64,000 nt of DNA from Podarcis vaucheri (taxonomy: Eukaryota): NCBI GenBank assembly GCA_965113315.1, contig OZ220364.1, one strand, 5' to 3'. The notes under the pieces are model-generated. The model saw only the letters and a list, made by a program, of their open reading frames with translations. It did no database searches and was not told the origin of the DNA. Shown here one piece after another: positions 26,022 through 39,296 of this stretch (its first letter is position 1; the number at the start of each line of letters is the position of its first letter). The translations under genes were made by a program, and so were the position numbers.

Positions 26022-27422
26022 CTGTGGTAAAGAAGAAAAGGCAAACAAGGGAAGGATAAACAAGAAAAGGTAAAAGTTGTTACTCTCTCCAGGAATGAAC
26101 GTTTTCACAAGACAAGTTCAAAAGTTGTCAGGAAAAAAAAGTGATTGTGCAAATGAACCTTCAGGGACCAGAGAGGGTGTTCAGCAAGTGTGTGCATGTA
26201 CATTTTAGTGCAGCGCTAACCTAGAGTTTGCCTTCATCAAGCACATCTAGTTGTGTCCATCTAAATATCATAGCAAACAAGAACAATGTCTCCAATGATT
26301 TTGATGTAATCAGGACTCCATCAGAGAAGAGAAAGGCATATATTTCCTGGAGCCATATTTGGTCCTAGGAATAATCTCCTTTCAGTTCCTTGTAGTGAGT
26401 TCTAGAGTCTCATACTGTATGTGATGAAGAGGATCCATGATCAGATGTTTCTCACATCTTTTATCTTATTTTAAAGAAGCTGTAGGGAGAGGGCAGCTGC
26501 AGTGAGGTTCCTGCATCATATGGCTTCAGGCCATAAATACTCCATAACAGTGTAAGAGTATGAAATTTTCATGACTATTCCAGATTATCAGAAATGCATC
26601 CTGAGAAGTTATTCAAAGACTTGATTCTTTCAACCATGACCTTATTTATTTTTGCATTAGTATTAAGGAAACAGGGTAATGGCCATTATATGGCTGTTCT
26701 GTGTTTCTTTTTGGCTTTTCAAAGTTGCTTTGGTCTTTGATTTCTTTTTCTCTGTATGACAGAGACAGAACCAACTGCTTTGGTATGAAAGTTGCTCTGA
26801 ACAATGATGGAACCCGGGCTAATGCTTTTAGGAGGAAAACATTGACTGCGCCCAAACATGATTTTAATCAAACATAATTTAAAAACGGCAATAGTTTATT
26901 GCTGGCATGCTAGAAAAAATGGTTCTGCAACATAGAAAATCATGTTTTGAACTTTGAAACCTTTTGTTTAAGTGGGAACTTGTACTCGCATCACCTTACT
27001 AGTGTGATCAATAAGATATATGTATAATTCATCCATATATTTATATACATAGAGACATGCAAAATTCAACCTGGACATACAACACACAGGGCCACTGCAC
27101 AAATTACAGCTTTAATGGGTATACATTACACAGTTTCACTGTGTACTCACCAAACCTATCCCAGTTTCCAGGTCCATATACGTCTTTCCTTGCTATTAGC
27201 CCCAGCTCTTCACTGTGCATTTTCACTGCATAAGCGAGTTGAAATAGTGGTGGAAGTGAATGTGCCTTAAAACCTGAAGTTTTAGGTTCACAATGTGGAC
27301 CTGTAACAACTACCCATGAAAACTGCAATGTGAAAAGTGGCCAACAGTATCTCTAGCTAAATTAATTAAGTCTATCCAATCAGGTGTTAGTAAGCAGACC
27401 AGATTTAGGATCCATTATGTTA

Positions 27423-27683
<261 letters not shown>

Positions 27684-28326
27684 TCATCAACTAGCAAGAG
27701 TATCCAAAGACAGCAAGATTTTTTGTAGCAAAGCTATAGTAATGAGGTGAGAGTAGCCAGTGCCCTGGACTGCAGGTATCGCCTCATTATTATAGCAGTG
27801 CTCTATAAGCACAGCAACTTTCCCCAGAAAATCTGAAAGCAACATGATGGACAATCAGTGCCAGCTACTATATTACACCACAAGGATTATTAGTATACTT
27901 GTGGCCTAAAATGAATTTAAAAGTTTTGAAGCAGACGTTTGCTCTTTGTTCAGTGCTTCAGGAAATATTCTGTTCCAGCCTCACTATCAACCTCCAATCA
28001 TCACAGCTGGTGGGAGCAAGAAGAAGAGGAAGGGTTTCCTCTTCTCTCTCGAGGTCATTGAAACACCTGTTCTGTAGCTGGAACAATAACTAAACTCAGC
28101 AGATTGTGGTGAATTCTCCTGGCTAAATTCCTGTTGAAGAGCATTCAGGGGGAGCTCTGCTGAATCAAACCAATGGTCCATCATTAGCCAACAAGCGACA
28201 GCCATAAATTGTCAATAGCTAACCAGATGCCTCTTGAGAAGGCAAGCAAGGCATGAAAGCAATAACCCCACTCCTTTCCTTCAGCAGCTGGCATTCGAGA
28301 GGCATACTGCCTTCGCCGTCTAGTCA

Positions 28327-28514
28327 GGAAAGGGTTATGGCTCAGTTGTAGAGCACATACATTACATGCTAGAAGGTCCAAAGTTCAATCCCCAGCACCT
28401 CCACATTGAGCTGAAAAAGACCCTGGTCTGAAACCCTGAACAGCTGCTGCCCATTTGTGGTACATGATCTAGCTATATGGTGCAACTCAGTTTTAGATAG
28501 CTTCCTACGTTCCT
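28327..28514 (+). mobile_element. Degraded tRNA-derived SINE (Squam3-like)
   Basis: A-box TGGCTCAGTTGTAGAGC, B-box AGTTCAATCCC, body CTGAAACCCTG, tail GCTTCCTACGTTCCT. Confidence 0.75.
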
Positions 28515-28520
28515 ATATAT

Positions 28521-28825
28521 CAGTGGCAAGGAACCTTTTCAGCCCAAGGGCCCCATTCCATTCTGTGACCCTTCTGATGGCCGCATGCCAGTAGGGGCAA
28601 GAGGCAAAAATGGACAGAGCAACAAATGTAAATTTTACTTTCTATATATAAAACATAAACTCCTCTCTGTCCTCCAACAGGACAAACAATGCATTAGAGT
28701 TCAAGGGCACATTCCAGCCAGGCAAAAATACTGAGTGTTAAGCAGGGCCAGTGATGGGTGAGGCCTGAGGAGAGTTCCAGGGGCCAGACAGAGAGGTCTG
28801 GAGGGCCACATTTGACCCCCTGGAC
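28521..28825. mobile_element. Degraded hAT-Charlie-like non-autonomous element
   Basis: Left end CAGTGGCAAGGAACCTTTTCAGCCCAAGGGCC and right-end GGAGGGCCACATTTGACCC motifs typical of Charlie MITEs. Similar ends at ~21706 and ~52875. Confidence 0.6.
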
Positions 28826-31800
28826 CTGAAGTGCTCCACCTCTTCTATAAATAAGCACAGAGGATGCATATAACCATCATAACCAGTCAACATTAATTCT
28901 TCTTGCATTCTTCTCACTTTTAGAGTTAAGCTGCCTACTAAGCCAGGACTCATGGGATTATGAAATGTTGTCATCCCACCTTTTGAAAACTTAATTCAAC
29001 ATTTAGAGCTAGCTGTTTGCTGAACCAGAGCCTACACAATTCAGATTATTTCTCATTTAAGTCTTTAAGATAAGCTTGACATTTGAGCTACTGAATCTTT
29101 GTCAGTCTCCAGTGATACAGCTCATGACAATAAAATTATCTGTGAATATGTATTTTACTGGGGTTGCATGGCTCTTTGTTGGGGAAATCTAATATGTTTC
29201 AGTAGCAGGTATGTATAAGAACATTCAGTACTCATTGTTTACTTATTTTTGTCAGTTCACTTATTAGATCTAGGTTTTCCCTCTTGAGATGGACTTCTTT
29301 TTTCTTTTCTTCTTGCTTTGCATTTGAAACATTCGTATTTTCACTGACACAGAGGTGTGATTCAAACCTCAAAAATAGTGAATGAATGTGACACTTGGAA
29401 ATAAAATTAAAGTCCAGCCTTGAGTTTATGGTCTGGGGTTGTTGTTTCTCTTTCTATCTCTGTCACTAAGATGTTCATAGTCATACATTTAGAAGTCCCA
29501 GAATCCATCTGTCAACAATGCTAGAACATGCTGAGATATGCCTGTCCAAAGACAGGTCGGTCAAGCCAGTTCACTAAATATGTCACAATAATTTCCAAAC
29601 ACTAATCTCTCTGTGTGTCAATGTATTGAAAGATACAGAAAAGACTAAATCTTCTGTCAAGCTAGATATTGATTTAGAATGTGACCATTTAACAGTGAAG
29701 GAGTAACAGAAGGAATTTACATTCATTTAAGATCAACAGCTTTTTGTTACACAGGAAGCTATACTTTGTCAAAGGAGACAAAGTTTATGAACTCAAGAAA
29801 CACAATTTACCAGTATCAGAGATCATTTGCCTAAATGTATCTTACATATTTTTCATAAGTAAGCATTATTTTAGCTTTTATGGTATGTGTATTCATATAC
29901 CTTATATGTGCTGATTTGTCTTCATGTTCTAAAACAATCCTGTGTCATTTTGTATGGTTATGGCTTACTGTTTATAGGAGTCTCCCCACCACCACTAGTG
30001 TGCTATGTGCATCATTTTCATATCTATATTTTATCACAGTGTATATTTTAAAAAGTTGTGTATAACTGGCTGTGAAACGAGCAACGATTCTGAATTCTAA
30101 GCATATTGCATTCATTTAGTGATAATATAATTATAAGGGTTTAAGCTGCAAACAATATCATCATCATCATCGATTAAATTTGTATACCACCCTTCATCTG
30201 AGGATCACTGGGCAATTTACAATATTAAAACACACACAAAAATACCATAGTAACAAACAAAAACAAAACTCCCAGTTTAAAAGGTGATACATTGTTTAAT
30301 TAACCAAAGCCTAATTTATACACTTTTCATTCAACCCTTTCTCCTCAACAAAGGGTAGGGGTGGTGAATGCTTGTATGTATGTACAACCCACCTCACAAG
30401 TTGTGTTACAGAAGTGGTGGGGGCATGCAAACTCTCAGAACTCCCTAACTATGCAAGGAGTTAGAACCATTGTGGCTCACACAGTGTTACATTAGCACCT
30501 CACAATTGTCAGCTAAGGTTGTCCAGCTTTTCCTCCATTCTTTGGGTCATTCTATTAGCCAAATTCTATGGATCCTTAAGTCCCACTGAATTCAATGGGG
30601 CTTTTGCCAATAAAGTGTGCACAGAGCTGCAGCTCAGGTACTGCTGCTATGTGTTTCCTCACAAGTTCTAAAATTCCACATCAGTGTTCTTGTGTGCATT
30701 AATTTGAATCACCTGTACATTTCAATGGTCTCAATTATCATTCTTCAGATGACTGTGTTCTATTAATAGTTTTGTCCTCATGTGAGATTCCATGTTTCTG
30801 CATTATTAAATTGCCCAAGCACTGTACACAGAATCACTGGTAGTTTGTGAAGATTGTTACAGCAAAATGCTTACTTTTTTGTTTGTTCATTCTTAGAGTT
30901 TGTGGGGGGAAACAGAGGTCAGCAGTATCTGAATCTTCAACCCCTTTGGTGAATACTGTAGTTTGTAATGTGGCTATCCTTTAGAAATTCTCCTTGATTG
31001 ACCACACCTTGCCTTCTGTTATTGCCATAATGGCTTGCATTGTGATGACATATGATGTTGCCATTTGAGTTTGTATTGCTGCTGCTGTTTTTAATCAGTG
31101 ATTCAATTTCATTTTGTTCAGTTGATAACTTTATTCCACAAGGTGATACGAAGCAACACTTCTGAAGCCCACAAAATCAGAGAAATTTTGAACCAAGGTT
31201 TGATCATCTACCTGAAGCAGCTAAATACGATGAGCATGAAAACAAGTCCCCAGCATGTAGGAATAAACAAGCAGCCCTTCTGATCAAGAGACCACAACTA
31301 TCCCTTTGCATTTCTCCTCCCTTCTCTACCACAGCTCTTCTTGGGCAATGGCTGATTTGGGCCCTGTTTACATTTTCATCTGTGAAATAATCTTATTTCC
31401 TGAAGCCAAATACCAAAGGTATGACAAATGAGAGCATCTGTGCAAGTGCAGAGCTCCTACGCTTTAGAAGCTGTAAGCACGTGCACCAAGATATGATCAC
31501 AAAAACAGGGAACCCCTGAATAGTTCTCATCCATTTTTTGACTGAGCTGTGTCACAGGGGATGTCTAGCAGATATGTCAGCACAATGTTCTGGAAATCAC
31601 ACCGGAGGTCAGATGCAGTTCCAAGAAATCTTTGTCCAATTTATGACCAGATGTGTTTCTGGCCTTAATGAAGGACCACGGAAAGCCTCATCCTTGTTCC
31701 CCCACCCCCTGAAGGCCTTTCTGTTTTTAACATTTGACAGGGAAGGGGAAATACGACAGGCTTTAATAAATTCCTAAAATCCAGGAGAGGATGTCCTAGA

Positions 31801-32443
31801 ATCTTTGAACTGGAGTGCAGGGGAAAGCAGACTTAAATGTAATACTCTTTTCTCAGCTGAAGAAGGAAATTCACTGCCTTTGTATTTTTATAGCAACAGA
31901 AAGTCAGAGTCCCCAGTCTGCTGAGACAAAGGATAAAAAAGTTGTGGGGGAAGAGACCACCTGCCAGAATTGAGGTTCCAGAATATCACCATAACAAGTC
32001 TAAAGGGAAAGTGATGGGATGATCCTTTCTGGGACACAAAACTGGACTTAGATGTAATCTGGGTGGAAGTGTATGAAACCACTGGCTTCTCTGGAGCTTC
32101 AAGACATCTGCAGCATGATTGAATTCTTGGCATCAGAGTGACTTCACTGTAGTGTTATCACTGCATGTAGACAGACTTTCAGTTTGCTCAATTAATGTTC
32201 ACGAAGCCGTGGCTGGGGCCTCTGCTGCTGTAGCTCATTGATGGCAAAATCCCCACAACTTTCTGTTTGTGCTTTTCAGAGCAGAAGTTGATTTCTTCTT
32301 TTTCTTTCCTCCTCCTCCTCTTTTTCTTCTCTTTCCTGCATTTTCAAGCATGCTGTGACCTCGTGCCAGCAAGTCAGTGCTATTATACACGTGTGTTGAA
32401 GGAGCAGACTTAGGGAAACTGGAAACCAGACCTTTTTAAAATA

Positions 32444-32699
32444 CCGTATTTTTTGCTCTATAAGACTCACTTTTCCCCTCCTAAAAAGTAAGGGGAAATG
32501 TGTGTGTGTCTTATGGAGCGAATGCAGGCTGCGCAGCTATCCCAGAAGCCAGAACAGCAAGAGGGATTGCTGCTTTCAATGCACAGCGATCCCTCTTGCT
32601 GTTCTGGCTTCTGAGATTCAGAATATTTTTTTCTTGTTTTCCTCCTCCAAAAACTAGTGGTCTTGTGGTCTGGTGCGTCTTATAGAGCGAAAAATATGG
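32444..32699. mobile_element. Non-autonomous Tc2/pogo-like MITE, 256 bp, related to the 11338 element, with an internal 30-bp-stem hairpin
   Basis: TIRs CCGTATTTTTTGCTCTATAAGAC / GTCTTATAGAGCGAAAAATATGG with TA TSD. Subterminal sequence is shared with 11338-11874. Confidence 0.9.
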
Positions 32700-32900
32700 T
32701 AACTGGGAAAATTACAATACTAAAGTTGCAATATTAGTATTCCTGTAAGTCCCACTGGATTCAACTGGCCTTACATCTGAGTAAGCCTGCATAGGACCGA
32801 GGTTCACACCAGCTACTTTCTTCTTTTAAGTCAGATGGCTTGCTTTGGGAAAAGGCTCTCTGTGCTTGCTGGGCATAATCAAATAATTTTACAATGAAGT

Positions 32901-33052
32901 GGAAAGGGCTGTAGATCAGTGGGAGTCATGCAGGAAGTCCCAGATTCAATCTCTGGAATCTCCAGGTAGGCTGAAATGGAACTGCCACCCCACACCGCCT
33001 GAAACTGCTGCTGCCAGTCACAATACAGAGCAGAAGGCAACTTCCTATGTTG
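32901..33052 (+). mobile_element. Degraded Squam3-like SINE
   Basis: GGGCTGTAGATCAGTGG...GATTCAATCTCTGG...GCTGCCAGTC...GGCAACTTCCTATGTT. Confidence 0.7.
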
Positions 33053-33851
33053 CATTTACTGGTTATTGTAGAAATGATTTGAGGCTCCAAAATATCCAAT
33101 AGGCAACCTTTTAAAATCTACTGGATTGCTCCTGCAATGTTTGTTTCTCTCTCTTTTACGGCAGATAATGCATATTTGATTAGCATTGCTTTCTATGCAA
33201 ATAGCACTGTTCTACTATTGCTATGGAAATAATTTTCGTATTTGCATATGATTTACCTTTAAGCTTTCTTTTCCCCTAAGCATGTAGTGCAACTTTATAT
33301 TGCAAATACGAAGAAGAAAGAAAACAACAAAAGCTTTAAATAGACAAGAGACTACAAATATAAAACTGTAGCTTGTTAGCAATTCTGAGGGATTTCACAA
33401 TGATGATATACAAAACACACTGAATAGCTGTGCAATCCTCTACTTGTCTAGTCACAAGTAATCCCTACTGAGGCAAATGGGACTTACTCCCAAGTTATTC
33501 AGTGTAGAAACTGCAGTGTCGTAGTGACATCACGACTTGGAAACAATGCTTTTTCAATTGGGATAAAACACTGTTAACTGTGGGTATTACTGATTTTTTA
33601 ATTATTTTAACCCAGCTGGAAAAGCATTGCTTCCAAGGCACCAGATCACTACAATACTTGTTCTTACCTCAAATTTAACTGCAACCATTTATCTTTTGAA
33701 AGCATATTTCAGGAGTGCTGTTTGTTACCATGGAGATATAATATACTGTAATGTCACGAGCTTTTTCTCAGTGAACTGTGCTAATTTGTTTTAAAATGTT
33801 ATAAACCCTTAAAGGTTGGGCTTTCTTTTAAGACCGTTGTAGCCATTTGAC

Positions 33852-33898
<47 letters not shown>

Positions 33899-33899
33899 A
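33852..33899. repeat. (GAAA)n microsatellite
   Basis: Read directly from the sequence. Confidence 0.97.
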
Positions 33900-35355
33900 C
33901 TTGAGCAAAGTGTATTTGATCTGGATATATCAAAATTATGAGCCTGCCAGTCTTGCCTCTGTTTTCCATAGAAAGAAACCCAAGGAAGCAGACTGCTCCA
34001 TGGTCATGCAGTGAGCCGAGGTTCAGCTCACTATAATTCAAAATGCTGCTGTTCATAGAAGAAAACTGGTTAAGGCTTGGTCTTATTTCCTTTCACAAAA
34101 CTCAAATCTCTGTGCATGTGAGAAGGAGCAGCAGCTATTGATTCCCCAGGGGGAGCAAGCTGAGCAATGATTCTTTACTGAAGCCTCAAAATTTGGCTGA
34201 GAATCTCTAGAGCAGACATTTAGGAGGAAGATTGGCATCCTTAATTAAAAGTTTAGCTTGCATTAAGCCAACTTGCCGCCTTTCCATATGTTAAATTCCA
34301 CTGCTCCCCAATAGGTTTATATTGGCAAGTGGAGCCTGAGTGCATTCATGGTTCATATCATTCATCATTTTTTCATCAAAAGCATGGAAATCCTTTCCCC
34401 AGTGTGCAGAGCAGTTTTACAGAAATACTATAAAACTCAACAGGGGCTCTGTTTCAATAGAATTACATTGGTATCAGTAGCCTGGTAAATATCAGAGTTG
34501 AAATTAATCAAAGGGGCTTATGGAACCAATTCCAAATATATTATACAACAAAACAGGTTTTACATAGAAAGGTCATTTGGAACTTCCCTATCAACCTCAC
34601 TCTTTTTAAGAAGATGGGGGCGGATATGGAGGAGTGAGGAAATAAAAATAATGCAATGATTTATCTAGGAGGACAGGAAGGTGAATGTTCCTGTTTCACC
34701 TCCTGCTTCAGGAACTCTTTGAGAAAGGTGAAAATCATATTTTTCTCCAGTTTCTAAGGCACAAATCCAAAACTTCAGCTGAGCCTACCTTTTTTTAAGG
34801 CCCCTTTTTATAAACAAACCAATAATGCATAATATGTAAACAGGATGTGGAACATTTGCTAGTGACACAGATTCAGCATATGCAGCAAGCAGCAGTCTCA
34901 TGCTTGCAACTGGCCACCTAAACTGCATATGTTTCCATAGGGTTCCGTATTTACGTAGACAGCTGCCCAACAGCATTGTCCAGTACTTCAACAGAACAGA
35001 TTGGTAGTAGAAGTTGTGTAGCCATTCCTGGATCAATGCTATAAATGTATTTGACCACAGAAAGGGTTCTGCATGAAAACATTCTTCTAAACAGAACAGA
35101 CAGAGCGGAAAAATAGGGTTGCTTATTTTGAGGTAGATGTTCAATGAACGGTTTGACTGCTGAGGATACAATTAAGATTAAAATAGGCATTTAGGTTGCA
35201 AGACTAATATTCTTACTCAGGAGTAAGCCCAATTGAACTCAATAGGATTTATTTCTAAGTTGGCATGTATAGGATTCTGGGGTTAGTTTCCCTTTTAATT
35301 TGGAAACTGTGCTAGAAATTAATCCTCCTGGTGAGATGGGGCAGGGACAGCTGCC

Positions 35356-35357
<2 letters not shown>

Positions 35358-35407
<50 letters not shown>
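35358..35407. repeat. (GA)n microsatellite
   Basis: Read directly from the sequence. Confidence 0.97.
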
Positions 35408-35409
<2 letters not shown>

Positions 35410-36289
35410 AGGAGCTTTGAGTCATTTCTAAGTCCCAATAGTACCAATCTAGTGATAACGCAACTCTTTCTTGCATTAATTTTATGGGACATGAATTATA
35501 TCCTTCATCTCTCAAACATGATGCCTTCTTGAACCACTGGCATTTCATTTCTGCCTTTGACCACCCAGTAGCATACAGCAGCCTGGCTCCTTTTCTGCTT
35601 CCAGGCTGCTTCAGTAGGCCTTGGCATGATCCCAACCCTGCCACTTCATGTGATATCCCTACTCAATCTGTCATCTCTTTTCCTGTTGTGTGGCTTCTTT
35701 CCAAGTTGCAGTAAGGAGCTCATCACACTTGCTGGTCTAGCGAAAGGTTTCCTTTCCTTTCCTTTTTCCATTTGCTTAGTATTGGCTTCTCTGAATGGTG
35801 CAGAGCTGAGGGTGCCCGCTTAAATTTTTCTATACAAAAAGCTAGCAGGACAGACAAGTGACAAAGCAGCATAATTCTGTAAGTGATAAAGTTGCAATTT
35901 ATTTAAAAATTATTTAATCTGACCATTTTAGATTCTTAAGAAAAGTATTACCCATTTCATATGTCTTTCGTTTCCTCCAATAAAAATGTTCACATTCCAT
36001 TAAATTGTTTACTTTTGTTTGTTTTTGCCTGCTGATTTTTAAAGAAAGCTGCTGAAATTAAGGGATTGCATTATTCGTTTTTTTCCTATCCTTCATTAAT
36101 TTAATGTTTTAAAGGTCATGGAACTATCTTTTTTGAAATTACTCTGTTTGTGTGCCATTCACTTATGAAGCTTTTGCAGCAAAGAGCTCTTCCTTTTTGA
36201 GCTCCCGTTTGTACCTACAAAGACTACAATGTTACTTTCAGATCAAAAATTGGAATTAAATGTTCTGTCAACTAGGATTTTGTTAAAAC

Positions 36290-36290
<1 letters not shown>

Positions 36291-36337
<47 letters not shown>
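36291..36337. repeat. (CAA)n microsatellite
   Basis: Read directly from the sequence. Confidence 0.97.
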
Positions 36338-39054
36338 GACCTTCATAAATTTTCAATTTTTGAACATCTATCATGTATATGTTTTTAAAAGGAAGAAAAA
36401 CTGTTTGTACATATGGAGAATTAAAAGACATATACAACTTCAGAAACAAACAAATCAAATTTACTTTTCCAGTGTACCTTCAAAGTAACTCAGTCTTTCT
36501 GTGTTTTCTTAACAGTGAATCTATTGCCTATTCAGAAATACCAGCTCAGATAGTATGGTGAAGTGACAGATGGAAAGCGCAGGGATGAAGGAAAGCAGTT
36601 TAGCACAGCATGTCTGTTAGAGTAAATGGATGAAATTGCATTATTATGGACAAACACCCCACACAGCCTCTTAACAGAATGGCAGGAGTTACTTCATATC
36701 AGCCAACAAATACTTGCAAGAATTATGAACTTTGCTGCATGCTTTCTTGGCAGGCAGTTACTCACTTTTACTCTCACAAGGCATTGACATTTCATTAGAT
36801 GCATTGATTTAAATGTATTAAATGCAAGTGTAAATGAATCAGGACTAAATGGTTGAAAGAATCAAGTCTTATGAAGAAACATTCTCAGCTATATAGAATG
36901 GAAGATGAGTTGCTGGTAAAGCTGATGGCAAATGCAGAAAGTGGGTTAATTTCTTAATCTGAATTGTGTCCAAACCTCATATTTCTATGAAGATCAGCCT
37001 ACTGGCAGATTATCTGATGAAGTGGAAATTAATACTATTATCAGTAGAGATATGGCTCAGAATGTTAGAAGGTAACTTTTCACAAAACTGTTTTAGCACG
37101 ATTGTTTTTAAATGTCCCAATAGCAAAACATCCCTAGATGGACAAGAGTACTCTTTGACAAAGCCCATGCCTCAGAAGAATTCCCCCTCGTGCAAAATAC
37201 CACACCAGTCAGTTTGCATTAAATAACAGAAAGCAACCATAAGAAACCACAGCAAAATAGTGTTGAGCTGCTATTGAGCCAGGGGTTTCCAACCTGTAGC
37301 CTAGCGCTGCATTCTCTTTACATCCATTAGCCTTGACAGATGTGTTTGCTGTGGCTCACATGGCTAAAAGGGAAGAACAATCCACCAACGTGTTGCTCTC
37401 ACATTCTGAAATCAAGGGAGGTTCATACGCCGAATCATAAACTTCAACAGAAAATATTTTCCAGACTTTTGGCAAACTTCACAAAACAATATTCACAAAG
37501 CAAACAGTCAGCCAGATGTAAAGGAGACAAACACTTAGTTACGGTTTTTATAGTTATGGATTAAATATTCCGCGGCTGATGGAACTTGAGCGATGCAGTG
37601 TCAGACTCTGAATTAGCAAAGTATAGTGGTCCCCCACAACTCTTGCAGTCTAATATTCAGTGCTCAATCCTTCATCAATCATCAGGCCCTGGGTGGTACA
37701 GCATGACTAAGATCTGTGTTTTATAATGTCCCTCCCACTGCATGGAAATTTAATCACATCCATAGAGTCAGGAGCACAGGTTATGTTGGGACGAGACTTT
37801 TGTTTCACTGGGCCACAGACAAGTTTTAAGTGCTGATCCCCATTGCACTAGCCACCACATTAACCTGGCCCAAGCTGAATAGTTTCCACCTGCTTGGTTA
37901 AAAACTAAACAAAACTAAGCAGAGTTTTGGAAATCTTGCACAAACATGACATCATTGTTTTTTAAAGGAACAAAATGAAACAACTTGAATTCTTTGCAGT
38001 CCATCTAGAAGAGAGAATGTCAGTTGAAAATTGTAATACTAGCAACATTCATTGCACAGTCAAATGTAAATAGGTTTCTATTAGGATAAGCAGGCAAAAA
38101 ATAAGGTTGCTGTTGTGTCAGTGGAAAAACGGATATTGGGCAGCACTGATAAATTTTTTTTCAGAGGAGGAGAGACGAGCACTACTTTTTAAAGCAAATT
38201 AATGAAATTAAGCCCACTGTTATGAGGACATTAATAAGCAAGCCATTCAACAGAAATTTTGAGTACAGTACTTTAGAAGTGGTTCCTTAAAATCAAGGAA
38301 ACTAAGAGGCAAATGTTTTATTTAGCTATGGAGCTTCTAAACTGACCCTTCTTGTAAATAGATTCCAGAGTAGTTTGCAAAAATTAAAGAACCAACCAGT
38401 AAAATGCAATTAAAATTTTAAATCCTACACCAACATTTCTAAAGACCCTCACAAATGAAGAGATAAAACAACCCATGGATTTTGGATAATCTAATTAATT
38501 CTACAAAAGACAAAGGAAATCAAAGGTGTCTGGGCAATATTCAATGACCACATTCTGTCCATGAGAGGATTTCCACTTGTGCAACAGGTGTCCACCCTCT
38601 CTCCTCTCCCCACATGCACACTGCACCCTTCCCAAATAAGCTCCAGAGGGTTGAGGGAATCCCTATAACAGATTTAGGTGCATTGAGTTAGAGGGACTAG
38701 TGGTATATTGTTGTTCTGATGGTGTATAGCAGGAAGCCAATGAACCCGCTATCTTCTTTAAGATTTCCGAAGATATGGGTGCTGTTTTCCCTCTGAACCT
38801 GATTCTAGCTGGTGGTAGATGTATGACATCCAAATCCAAGATCCAAATCTTGTTTTGCTTGAAGAGGTGCCAAGCCCTGTATAAGTTCCTTGAAGCAGCC
38901 ATATGCTTATTCGAACCCAGTTGTCAGCCTAGTCAACATTTTGCATCCTCAACAACGACCTAGACCTGTGATAGTTCTGTGGGCATTGGCAGGTGGGGAA
39001 TGTCACTAAATAAATGGTGGGGGAAACCCATAGCCACAGAAAATTCTGCAGATA

Positions 39055-39296
39055 CAGTGGTACCTTGGTTCTTGAACGGCTTAGTTGTTGAACAAATTGG
39101 CTCTCGAACGCGGCAAACCCAGAAGTAGGTGTTCCAGTTTGTGAATGTTTCTTGGAAGCCGTACATCCGATGCGGTTTCCGCTTGAGTGCAAAAAGCTTC
39201 TGCGGCCAATCAGAAGCCACACCTTGGTTTTGGAACGATTTCAGGAGCTGAACAGACTCCTGGAATGGATTGGGTTTGAGAACCAAGGTACCACTG
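39055..39296. mobile_element. Tigger/pogo-like MITE, 242 bp
   Basis: Perfect 18-bp TIR CAGTGGTACCTTGGTTCT at both ends, TA TSD. Confidence 0.92.
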
